DNA from: Callorhinchus milii
Lineage: Eukaryota
Assembly: GCF_018977255.1 (NCBI RefSeq)
Contig: NW_024704743.1
Coordinates: forward strand, 93,250,001-93,314,000
Reading direction: 5' to 3'
DNA length: 64,000 nucleotides
Numbering within the stretch: the first letter of the stretch is position 1; every line of letters begins with the position of its first letter. The notes below the pieces were generated by a model, which did no database searches, was not told the DNA's origin, and worked only from the letters and a program-made list of their open reading frames with translations. A program made the position numbers and the translations under genes. Of this stretch, positions 39,834 to 50,845 are shown one piece after another.

Positions 39834-40960
39834 ACATAGGAACATAGGAATTAGGAGCAGGAGTAGGCCATTCAGCCCCTAGAGCCTGCCCCGCCATTCA
39901 ATAAGACCATGGCTGATCTTCTAACCTAACTCCATTTGCCCGTCTTATCCCCATATCCCTTAATCCCTCTATCCTTCAGAAATCTATCAATATCAGACTT
40001 GAATATGTTCAAGGACTGAGCGTCTACAGCTTTCTGGGGTAGAGAATTCCATAAATTCACTACCCTCTGAGTGAAGAAATGTTTCCTTAACTCTGTTCAA
40101 AAGAGCTGTCCCTTAAAGACTGTAACTCCTAGTTATAGATTCTCCTACCTGGGGAAACAGTCTCACACTTTTTACTCTGTCAAGCTCCATAAGAATCTTA
40201 TATGTTTCTATAAGATCACCCCTAATTCTTCTATATTCTAGAGAATATAGGCCTAGTTTACTCAACCTATCCTCACAGAACAACCCTCTCCTCCCAGGAA
40301 CCAACCTAGTGAATCTACGCCGCACCCTCTCTAAGGCGAGTATGTCTTTTCTTGAATAAGGACACCAAAACTGCACACAATATTCTAGGTGCGATCTCAC
40401 CAAGGCCTTATACAGTTGCAGCAAGACTTCCCTACTTTTGTACTCTAACCCTTTTGCAATAAACGACAACATGCCATTAGCCTTCCTAGTTGCTTGCTGT
40501 ACCTGCATATTAACTTTTTGTGACTGGTGTACAAGGACACCCAAAACCCTCTGAACACTGACACTACCTAGTCTCTCCCCCTCTAGAAAATAATCTGCTT
40601 TTCCGTTTTTACTACCTAGGTGAATAACTTCACACTTCCCCACATTATATTCTATCTGCCACCTTCTTGCCCACTCATCTAGCCTATCTATATCCCTTTG
40701 CAATCTTTTTGTGTCATCCTCAGAGCTTACTCCCCCACCTAGCTTAGTATCATCTGTGAATTTAGATATTTTAAGTTCTACATCCTCGTCTAGATCATTT
40801 ATATATATTGTAAATAGTTGAGGCCCAAGCACTGATCCTTGTGGCACTCCACTAGTCATATCTTGCCAATCTGAGAAGGACCCGTTTATCCCTACTCTCT
40901 GTTTTCTTCCCGTTAGCCATTCTTCGATCCATGCTAATATATTGCCTTTAATTCCATGAT
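39834..40960 (-). mobile_element. Young CR1-clade LINE 3' portion, (ttcctatg)n-tail family
   Basis: 248-aa [24 protein letters not shown]...KFTDDTKLG...LEYCVQFW; tail reads cataggaacataggaattaggagcaggagtaggccattc on the plus strand. Confidence 0.96.
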
Positions 40961-41997
40961 TACAATATTAAAAAGTATTATCCTCTGGAAAGAACAGAGT
41001 ACATTGTAGTAAAAATGAATAGACAGATCCCTTGAAGAAATCTTTATGACCAGGCTTCCTGCTGTTTTTGAATTGTAATTCTGAAAACTGTATCACTGGA
41101 AAGCCATAGATGCATGAGATACAGTGAAACAATAAGAATTATGCACCAAATAATGTGATATTGGACTATTCCAGAAAGTGTGGGATCTGGACAGAACGGA
41201 TGTTGTTGGGTTATTCTCAGTGCTTTTCATTTTACTTATGCTAGTTAGCATTCAATGCTGCACTCACCTATGTTTTCAGTTTGGCTTTATTCCCAGTCTG
41301 CCTTTGCTCTCTGGTTGCCTCCTCTCTATGTATTATCCTGAGAATCAAGTCAGCCATGCCGGGGCAGAGTTGTTGTCTGGCTAAAATATCTTCTCAGCTG
41401 TGAAATTTTGGCCAATTGCCTGATTCATGGATTTAACAAGTATAATGAAATGCCCTTTGATTTTCTGAAAGGAAATCTGTTCTGAAATTTGATGGAGAGG
41501 ATGGTCGTCATTGTGGTGGTCTAAACGTAGCCTTTTTTTTAGAGGTTAAAAACGTGCAAATTTTGGATTCGGAAAATTTTAAATCAAGCCTTAAATTTGA
41601 AGCCGTCTTTTGTTGGTTTGTTTAAGAATTACAGAAAATAGACTACAAAATTAGGATTTTATTTCAGAATTGTTCAGATTCTGCACGCTTTTAAATGATA
41701 AGAAAAGTCGAGATTCAAGAGAGAACTTTTCCCAATTTGCATTCCTGATATGTGGCCTGAAATTGCACCTATTTTTAGCCTTAGAATTGAAGAATTCAGG
41801 CTAAGACTGGGTAACAATTTGGGTCCCTGATCACTAACCATTATTATCCTCAGGACTATCTTGGCTGCAGTGTCTGGAAGTGATACAAGATCAATATATT
41901 AGCAAGAGTCAGGTTACTGAGAAGGACTAAACGTCACTGTGACTGTGCTGGGAAGAAATGTAAGACTCAAATTTCCTCATTGTTAAAATTGGAGTTT

Positions 41998-42290
41998 AGT
42001 AATCCTTGCATTTGATATAGTGCTTTTCACTTCTTCTAGATGTCTCAAAGTACTTCACAGAATAGACTGTAAAGTGAATTGACTGTATATTTATGGGCGA
42101 AATGCGGCATCCAATTGCACCCAGCAGTGTCCCACAAACAGTCGTAGATTGAAATGACTAATTTATTATTTTTTTAAGGGATTGTTATCAGTCATGTGGA
42201 GTAAGGAAACTTGCCCAAGGTTCCACCCTGACAGGAATTGAACCCAGGTCTATCGCTTGAAAGCGAGTGCTCTAACCACTGAGCTACAGT
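41998..42290 (-). mobile_element. Deu-SINE short variant, near full length
   Basis: Runs from the tail taatccttgcatttgatatag to the head ctctaaccactgagctaca. Confidence 0.92.
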
Positions 42291-42614
42291 TTAGTGCCAT
42301 CTTGGATATTGAGATGTGGTGAATAACATTCAACAAATAATAATCCTTGCATTTGATATAGCACTTTTCACATCTTCTGGATGTCTCAAAATATGAGATA
42401 ATTACAAAGAGATTTAAAGAACAGGTAAAAAAAATATATATTTCTTTACACAGAGAATGTTTAGAATGTGGAATTCTCTACCAAAAAACATTGTTGAAGC
42501 AAAATCTGCAGATTATTCTGAAAGGTAATAAACTGATGCTTGAAGAGGATTTTAAAGGGTATGGGAAACAATAATCCTTGCATTTAATATAATAATAATA
42601 ATCCTTGTATTTGA

Positions 42615-43530
42615 ATCCTAGGCTAGGGGAGTGGGCGAGTAGGTGGCAGATGGAATTTAATGTGGGGAAGTGTGAAGTTATTCACCTAGGTAGAAAAAAT
42701 AGAAAAACAGATTATTTTCTAGATGGGGAGAGATTAGATAGTGTTAGTGTTCAGAGAGATTTGGGTGTCCTTATACACCAGTCTCAAAAAGTTAGTTTGC
42801 AGGTACAGCAAGCAACTAAGAAGGCAAACGGCATGTTAGCGTTCATTACAAAAGGTTTAGAGTACAAGAGTAGGGACGTCTTGCTGCAACTGTATAGGGC
42901 CTTGGTGAGACCGCACCTAGAGTATTGTGTGCAGTTTCGGTCTCCTTATTTAAAAAAGGACATACTTGCCCTAGAGGGTGTGCAGCGTAGATTCACCAGG
43001 TTAGTTACTGGGATGAGGGGACTGACCTATGAGGATAGGCTGAATAAACTAGGGCTATATTCTCTAGAGTACAGAAGAATTAGGGGAGATCTTATTGGAA
43101 CATATAAGATTCTTAAAGGGCTGGATAAAGTAGACACTGAGGGTCTGTTTCCCCTGGTAGGAGAATCTATAACCAGGTGTCACAGTCTTAAAATTAAGGG
43201 TCAGCCTTTTAGAACAGAGTTGAGGAAACATTTCTTCACCCTGACCACTTCCCCCCTGCTCGGGTCCTGAGCCAACTGTCCAGGACCTTGGGACATCCTC
43301 CCGACGTGAAAGGTGCTCTATAAATGGAATCTTGTTGTTGTAGTAGTGAATTTATGGAAAATAAATAAAATAAATAATAAATAAATAAAAAATAGAGGGA
43401 TTAGGGGATATGGGGATAGGGCAGGTAATTAGACTTGGGTCTGAAGATCAGCCATGATCTTATCGAATGGCAGGGCAGGGTCGAGGGGCCAAATGGCCTA
43501 CTCCTGCTCCTAATTTTTATGTTCTTATGA
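42615..43530 (+). mobile_element. CR1 3' portion (same family as 39834-40960) with a nested L2 tail (~43236-43342)
   Basis: 221-aa ORF WQMEFNVGKCEVIHLG...RPHLEYCVQF. CR1 breaks at ttcttcac, resumes at gtagtgaatttatggaa and ends ctcctgctcctaatttttatgttcttatg. Confidence 0.94.
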
Positions 43531-43949
43531 TATAGCGCCCGATCACGTCATTGAGACATCTCAAACCACTTCACAGAATATACTGCAAAGTAGTCAGATT
43601 GTATTTTGTGGTGAACAAGCAGAAGAGTGGGATAAGATGAGGTGCTTCAATAACTAGAATTTATATAGCATGCATTTATATAGTGCACTTCATGTAGAAT
43701 AATGTCTCAGTTTCGCCCACAAGTGTACGGTCAATTCACTTTACAGTATATTCTGCGAAGCGCTTTGAGACGTTTAGAAGACATGAAAAGCGCTATATCA
43801 AATGCAAGGTTTATTATTATTATAACGCTTTACAAGGTCAGACTCAGGAAGGAGGAGGAGAGGAGGCCATAGGTGTGTATAAAGAGGCAGGATCTGAGGC
43901 GAGATTTCAAGACAGAAAGAGAGAAACAGAGGGATAGAGGGGGGGAGCT

Positions 43950-44399
43950 CCCTCCTACCTCTCCAACCTACTATCCCCCTACCTACCTGCCCGTACCCTC
44001 CGTTCCTCTGGCTCCGGTCTGCTCCACGTCCCCCGCCCCAATCGCCCTACCATCGGTGTTCGGGCTTTCAGCCTCTCAGCCCCTAGGCTCTGGAACTCTA
44101 TCCCCCAGTGCCTTCGCCTTGCTTCCTCGCTTTCCTCCTTCAAGGCCGGTCTCAAAACCTTTCTCTTTGACCGAGCCTTCAGCTCCCCTCTCGACTCTCT
44201 TCCCCCTCCTTGCTCCCTCCCTTCCCTCCCCTCAACCTGACCATTTCCCCCCTCCTCTCTCCCTCCCTTCCCTCCCCTCACCCAGACCATTTCCCCCCTG
44301 CTCGGGTCATGACCCAACTGTGCAGCGCCTTGGGACGTCCTCCTGACGTGAAAGGCGCTTTATAAATGGAATCTTGTTGTTGTTGTTGTTGTTGTTGTT
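43950..44399 (+). mobile_element. Young L2 3' fragment
   Basis: Nearly identical to the 3' end of the 31369 element and to the nested copy at 9712; (ttg)n tail. Confidence 0.95.
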
Positions 44400-45276
44400 A
44401 GGAGTGTAGGAACTGAAGGCTCTGTCACTGATAGTGGCATGGAGAAGTCGAAAGTCATGCAGCAAGTCTGAGGTAGCTGAGGAAAAAACAGCTCAGATTT
44501 GATGGGCCAAATGGCCCAATTCTACACTGTAACAATCAGCAACCTCCTCCCTTCCCCACTACCCTCTATCCACCCCAGTGGCTTGAGTACAATGGTACAG
44601 TCCTAACCAACCTCCAATTTAAATGTATGTTTTATTCTGTAAATTGTCAGTTTAATACTGTAGAAGAGGATACTGATTGAATGAAGTTTTTTTTGCTGCC
44701 TCTGTTGCAGTGAGGGCAGCAATTCAGGAAGCTGACTATCAAAGATTGAACTGAGATGTGATGCTGCAGAGGGTGAGTCGTTGATTGCAGACTGACATTA
44801 ATGAAGGAATGGTAACCAGTTTGTGAAGCTTCACAAAGTAGCCCTTGTGATAATGAACACAGTAAACAGATTATAAAACATCACAAATGTCACCCCTATG
44901 CCTCTATGAAACAGATTTTTTAAAAAGCAATTAAAGTATTTAATTAATGCGAGAAGCCAATTATGCCAGGAAACTAGGGTTTTTTTCTGCCTCTGAGGCA
45001 TGCTGAACTAGCGATATTTAACCATCGAGTGCGTAGGTGTAAAGTCTTAGATGTGTTCTCAGAGTAATACAGAATTTGCAATGACATTTTCTGCTGTTTT
45101 AATGACTATTGTTTTATTAGATGAGAAGAATGGGCAAGAGGTTCTACATGGGCAGCGGTTGCTACACATTGGACTTTATCTGTGTGAAAGAGGGTCTACG
45201 AGGTTGGAATGTTCTCTGAACATCCTCGCGATTCGGCAAAGACTGAAGCTCTAGGGGCAGCTGACTTCTCGGTGAC

Positions 45277-45380
45277 CTCAGTGTCCTCAAGGTCACTACA
45301 ATCCTGGACTTCTTTGCGATGGGCTCCTTTCAGGCTTTCTTTGGAGATTTAGTCAGTCAGTTTAGTGTCTCTATTAATCT
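45277..45380 (+). mobile_element. PIF/Harbinger transposase fossil
   Basis: Translates as LSVLKVTTILDFFAMGSFQAFFGDLVSQFSV, which resembles the Harbinger/HARBI1 HTH-region pattern 'xxAALxF(Y/F)xSGSFQxxxGDxxGISQ' (recalled, not searched). Confidence 0.7.
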
Positions 45381-45624
45381 ACCAGATGACGGTAGTCTGT
45401 TACTCAAAATATTGTGCACTTGCATTGAGAGCTGGGTGGATGTTTTTTTGTGAACCTTCCAAGGCAGCTCAAAATACTTCATTGTAATTGTCTATCAGTT
45501 TGGAGTACTGCGTTGCTGGAGAATGAACATTAAACCCATGGGCCTGTTCCGATGTTTTAGGTAGATGGAAAATAACCCATTGCATTACTTCAAAGGCAGG
45601 TAAGATCTCATTTTAAGGTCTTAT

Positions 45625-47800
45625 ATAATGCTCCTCACGCAGAGTGGCGTCCCAGAGCGCTTAAAGCGTTCAGGATGTCAATGTGCTCATCCAGAATGAG
45701 CAGAGACGCTAAAGGCCTGACCACCAATTGTAGGGCGGAGTACATGGAGCAGGCCGGGGCCTGCTGAGCTTAGAGAGTGGACAGGTTAATATGGTGTTAG
45801 CAGGTCACAGAGGTAGGAAGGAGCAAGAACATGGAGGGCTTTGAAAGCAAGGACGAGGATTTTGAACTAAATCCTCTAGGGGATGGGGACCCAGTGGAGC
45901 CAGGTGAGGGTGGGGGTGATAGGATCATGGAGCCTGGTGCGGAGAGGACATGAGCTGCAGAGTTCTGGATCATCTGAAGCTTGTGCAGGGAATAGTTGCG
46001 GAGGTCAACAAACAGGAAGTTGTTGTAGTCGAGCCTAGATGTAATAAATGCATGAATGAGTCTTGGCGACCTGAGGGATGAGGCAGTGGCGGAGCCGGGC
46101 GATGTTGCGGAGGTGGGGGAAGGCAGAGAGGGTCATGAATGTGGGGTAGAAAGGATACTTGAGGGTCAAACAAGATCCAAGTTTTCAGACTGGCTCAGTG
46201 AAGTGGAGTGTGCATCCATGGATAGTGATGCTGTCAGTGATTGAGGTGTAGAAGCACTGACTGGAGTCCATCAGAAGGGCCTCGGTCTTGTTGATGTTCA
46301 ACTGGAAAAAGTTAGCTCTCATCCAGGACTTGATGTCTGACAGACATTCTGTCAGGACAGCAGTGGTCCTGGAGCCGAGAGTGAAGGCAGAAAGTTAGAT
46401 GTCATCAACATACATGTGGAAGTTGACCCCATGTCTCTGGATGATGTCACCAAGAGGGAGCTTATAGATATTGGAGAGGACCCAAGGACAGAGCCCCGAG
46501 GAACTTGCACAAGACAATGTGGGGGCTGGATGAGAATGATGATTTTCGTATTTGATGTAGTGCCTTATCACGTTTTCAAGACGTCTCAAAGCGCTTCACA
46601 GAATATGCTGTAAAGTGTAGTGACTGTGTGTTTTGTTGGCGAAAAGCGGCAGCCAATTGCACACAGCTGTATCCCACAAACAGTCATGGTTTGAGTGACC
46701 AAATTATTATTATTATTTATTTTCAAATCCGAAGCGCCCCCTCCCCCCCACTGGTCTCAGTCTATGAGGTTGGTCGGTCCTGAATCAGGGGGAAATTTTC
46801 TCAATCGCAGATACTTCATCTGGGACCTGAGGCTTTCCCACAGCTCTTCCTTCCAAAGGCTCCTTGCAGCTTCCCGATTAAAATTGCAGGATCGAAGGAC
46901 TATCCCTGACTCGGCAGCTTCTTATATGTTAAAGGCCAAATGGCTGGTTCCACAGGCCTAGACCAGAGGGATTTCCTGGGCTCAGCTCCGCCCACCCCCA
47001 CTCCCAATGCACACATATTGAATGCAGGAATCTGTGAAGCTGGTGACACTCGCTAACGTTCACATTATTTTGCGGTATTAGGTTTGGAAAACGACTGCAA
47101 GGCAAGATGCTTAAAGGGACTGCAGACCTGACACAACCTAGGGTCTGCCCTGATCCCACTGCCCCCCACCACCGCGCCCCCCCACAACATCCCGAGAAGG
47201 CGTTTATGGAAACGACGTAGAGACAGTGTGAAAGCTAGGATCTGCACACATCAAGGACAGGTCCATGAAGATTGAGGTGAGAGGAGAGGTGGTGGAGGAG
47301 GATAGAGTGGTCAACAGTGTCACAGACAGCAGAGAGGTCAAGGAGGATGAGGAGACAATGGGAGCTCCGTCACAGATGGACAAAATGTAATTTGTCACTT
47401 TAACCAAAGCTGTACTGTAGGCAGCACTGAAACTCCATTATAGGCATTCGTAGAGAAAGGAGGAAAGTTGGGGAGCAAAGTTGGGAAGCAACTTTGGAAG
47501 GATCTTGGGAAGAAAAGGAAGGTTGGAGATGGAGCAGTAATTGGAGAGCACAGATGGGTCCATGAAGGTTTTTGGGAACAGTGGCAGTTACAAGGAGAGC
47601 TTGATGGTGTCTGAGTAGAGGGGCAAGGAGGTGCAGCTAGGAGGTAAGGAGAGGGGTAGAGATGGGGTTGAGGGAGCAGGTGGTGGGTTTCATTCGGGTC
47701 ATAATAGTGGTGAGAGAGAAGGGAGAGAGAAGGGAGAGACAAGTTCGAGGGAGGGATGGGTAGGGACCCGAGTGTGAGTGGGAGGTGGAGAGGGGCTAGC
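45625..47800 (-). mobile_element. Older L2 ORF2 fragment split by a composite insert (46537-47193)
   Basis: [12 protein letters not shown] at ~46400. L2 homology stops at ggctggatgagaa and resumes at gagaaggcgtttatggaaac, collinear with 32475-32550. Confidence 0.88.
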
Positions 47801-50579
47801 AATTGGAAGGGCAGAGGCAGCCGACCAGAATCTATCTGTTCTGAAAGATCCCACAGCACTAATCATAAAAAGAAGGAAGTTTCCCTCGGTGTCCTGGCCA
47901 ACATTCCCCAAAGTAAAATTGGGAACTCTCTTCACAGCTGTTTGTGGGGCATTGCTGTCTGCAAATTAGCTGCCATATTTGGCTACAATTACACTGACTA
48001 CATTTAAGCAAAATCATTTGAAATGCTTTTTGACATATTGGCACCGTGATATAATATGCTATATCAAATGCAAGGATTATTATTATCAGATCCCTGAAGT
48101 GTTATTTTCAAGATTATTTTGAAACCTCCAATGATGACTCCTTGGAGATTGGAACTCAATAGTGAAGACTTTCTCCTCATTGATATTGGCATTTCTTGCT
48201 TGTTTTGGAGCTCTCTGCATTTTCCTGCTGTGGTATTGATACAGTGCCAAGTTTGCTTTTACTATGCACCAATTACTTTGTTAACTGTTCATTTTTAGGC
48301 CATTCATTACTCTACACTGACTCTCCCTGTATAGTTGCTTATTTTTTTTTAAATCGCAGCAACATGGGCTGCTTAACAAAAAAACGTGACTAATTGCATT
48401 ATTGTTAACTGGGCAGATTTGCTAATTAATTTCTTTCTTATAAAGACACTAGCAACTGATAAAAGGACACTCACCTCGTAATTTTTTGAAGGTCATTTAT
48501 GTGTCATTTCAGTAAAGTATATTTCTTCATATTAAAATGCAAATGGTGCGGTCATGTTTGTTTAAACGTGATTTATTATAAAAGAACCCTGGTCATTTTG
48601 ACAGTAGTGATCGTTTAATTATGGACAGAATTGATAAGATCACACAGTGTTTTAGATGTTAATTTCAGCCTGTCCTAACTGAAAATTTATTATGTTTTTT
48701 TATTAGATTTGAAACTCCCAGGATAATTGATATTCTGTTTGAAAAGAGTCTTGAACTTTTAAGGTTTTTCTAGTTCTTCATATAATAAATCCAGATAGAC
48801 CCCAGGGACAACTTTAATCTTGAAAGGGCACAGAGATGCATAATAGAGCAGTGTGAATAGTTTTCTTCAGAAACGCTCTCTATCAGGAAAGCTATATACT
48901 TATCACACATATTTACAGAATATTGTGTGTAACTATATGTAGGTACAGTATATATAAGATGTTTTACTGAAATACATATTGATTGTAATGTTTCCAAGCA
49001 AATGATTGTGAGCTTCCAGTGCCTTGGGATGTCCTCCTGATGTGAAAGGCACTATACAAATATAATCTTGTTGTTGTTGTTGTTGATTGGGTTGGAAATC
49101 TCAGCAATGTGATGAAGATTATTCCCAATGTTAGAAAAGGTCTCTTAGTTTATGGGCAGTTATGCAGTTTTAGTTGAATATGTTTATTTAAAAAAATGGG
49201 TTTAATTTGCAATATGTCTGAATGAATATGTCCCTGTAATGAATCCCACTTAAATGTTCAAACATACATTATGTCAGAATAGTTATTTTTGATTCTAACT
49301 ATCAAAAGTAATTTAGACCCAATGCATAAGCAATTTAAGACATCTTCCTGACGTGAAAGGGACCATATAAATGTAAATTGAATTGTACTTGGATTTGACT
49401 TAGCATCTTTTGACAGCAAAATACCCCAAAACAGCTTCATACTATGAATTACTTTGAAAAGCAGTGACTGTTTTATAGATAAATACAACTGTTGTGTTAT
49501 GCTTTTGTGGGATGTTTCTGGCAATGCCCCACAAACACGAGACGTCTCGAAGACATGATAAGGCACTGCATCAAATGCAAGGATTATTATTATTATTATA
49601 AACAACGATAAGGTGAGGGATCAATTAATTTGCTTCTGGTGAATGTGGTTGAGGGAAACATTTTAGTCAAGGCACTGGAAAAATTCTTTGTTCTGCTTTT
49701 AAATACAATAACCACCCAGTTTACTGGACTGGGTAATCTGGAATTCATACATAGCCGGACCGGGCCCAAAATGGAAATATTTTTAATAATTCCACGGGTC
49801 CTCAGGCACATAGACTCCCTCAACTCTCCTAGTGTGCCTTCACACCTCCCCCAGTTGTGTTTGCTGACCGTCAGTAATCAGGGATATCTACTTTGACTCA
49901 GTTTGAATCCCATGAGCAGAAAATGACGATAAATGCTGATAACATCATTGGGTAATTACACTTAGCTGGAAATTCAATCTTGCTGGATTGGATATTCCCC
50001 CTCCCCCAATTGGTCTTGATAGACGGGGGTTTAGTGTAATACAATGAGGTTTTAACCTTCACCCGAACAGGCAGGTAAGATCTCATTTTAAGGTCTTATC
50101 CAAAGCAAAACACTGTTGGTAATGCCTTGTTCATTACTGAGATCTCATCAAATTTCTTGCCCTCCCAGAGCTCTCTGTTATCCTGACAGAGTTGACCATG
50201 CCATCCTCCTTGCCTGTGCCTCCCCCCTCATCACAGCACTGATTATGACTTGGTGCAATGAATCAATTGACTTCCCAGACCAATACTAGTTCACACAATG
50301 TAATCAATACAATCAATTCACTTTACAGTATTATCCTGTGAAGTGCTTTGAGATGTTTCAAAGACATTATAAGGCGCTATATCAAATGCAAGGATTATTA
50401 TGGTCAGTTTTACTTTTGTGTCTTTTCTTAGTGACAAAATGGTTCAAACAACAGAACAAAAGAATAGAATGCAAAAAGCCAATGAACTCTGTTAGGATTG
50501 TGATATTTTTCCATTTTTACTGCTAACATTTTAAGCTGAATCCACCTAATGCTGGGACATTGCAATGTGATTGCAATTG

Positions 50580-50845
50580 GCTCCAGCCACCTACTCGTCC
50601 CTCATCCCGTTTGCTCCACCATAATTTCAGCCACTATGCCCTGAAACATTGGAACGTTCTCTCTCAATCCCTCCACTTTGACCCTTCCTTCCCTTTTTAC
50701 AGATCACACCTGAAGATCTTCCTCTTCGATCGAGTTTATGGTCACCCCTTCCTTCCCCCAGCTCAGTGTCAGGCTCCACCACTATTAATGACTGCAAGAC
50801 GCTACCCCATGAGAAGGGCGCTATATAAATGCAAGTTGTTGTTGG
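50580..50845 (+). mobile_element. Old L2 3' fragment
   Basis: WNVLSQSL...HLKIFLFD; tail gggcgctatataaatgcaag(ttg)n. Confidence 0.8.

Noticed and set aside
40113..40859. 248-aa and 221-aa (42605-43270) RT ORFs as domesticated genes
   Set aside because: They are 5'-truncated young CR1 copies; one has FTDD at the catalytic motif, and the other starts downstream of it and is cut by an L2 tail.
48465..48560. Consensus minus-strand splice donor (GAG|gtgagt at ~48477)
   Set aside because: Stops occur in all three frames within ~45 nt upstream and there is no convincing acceptor.
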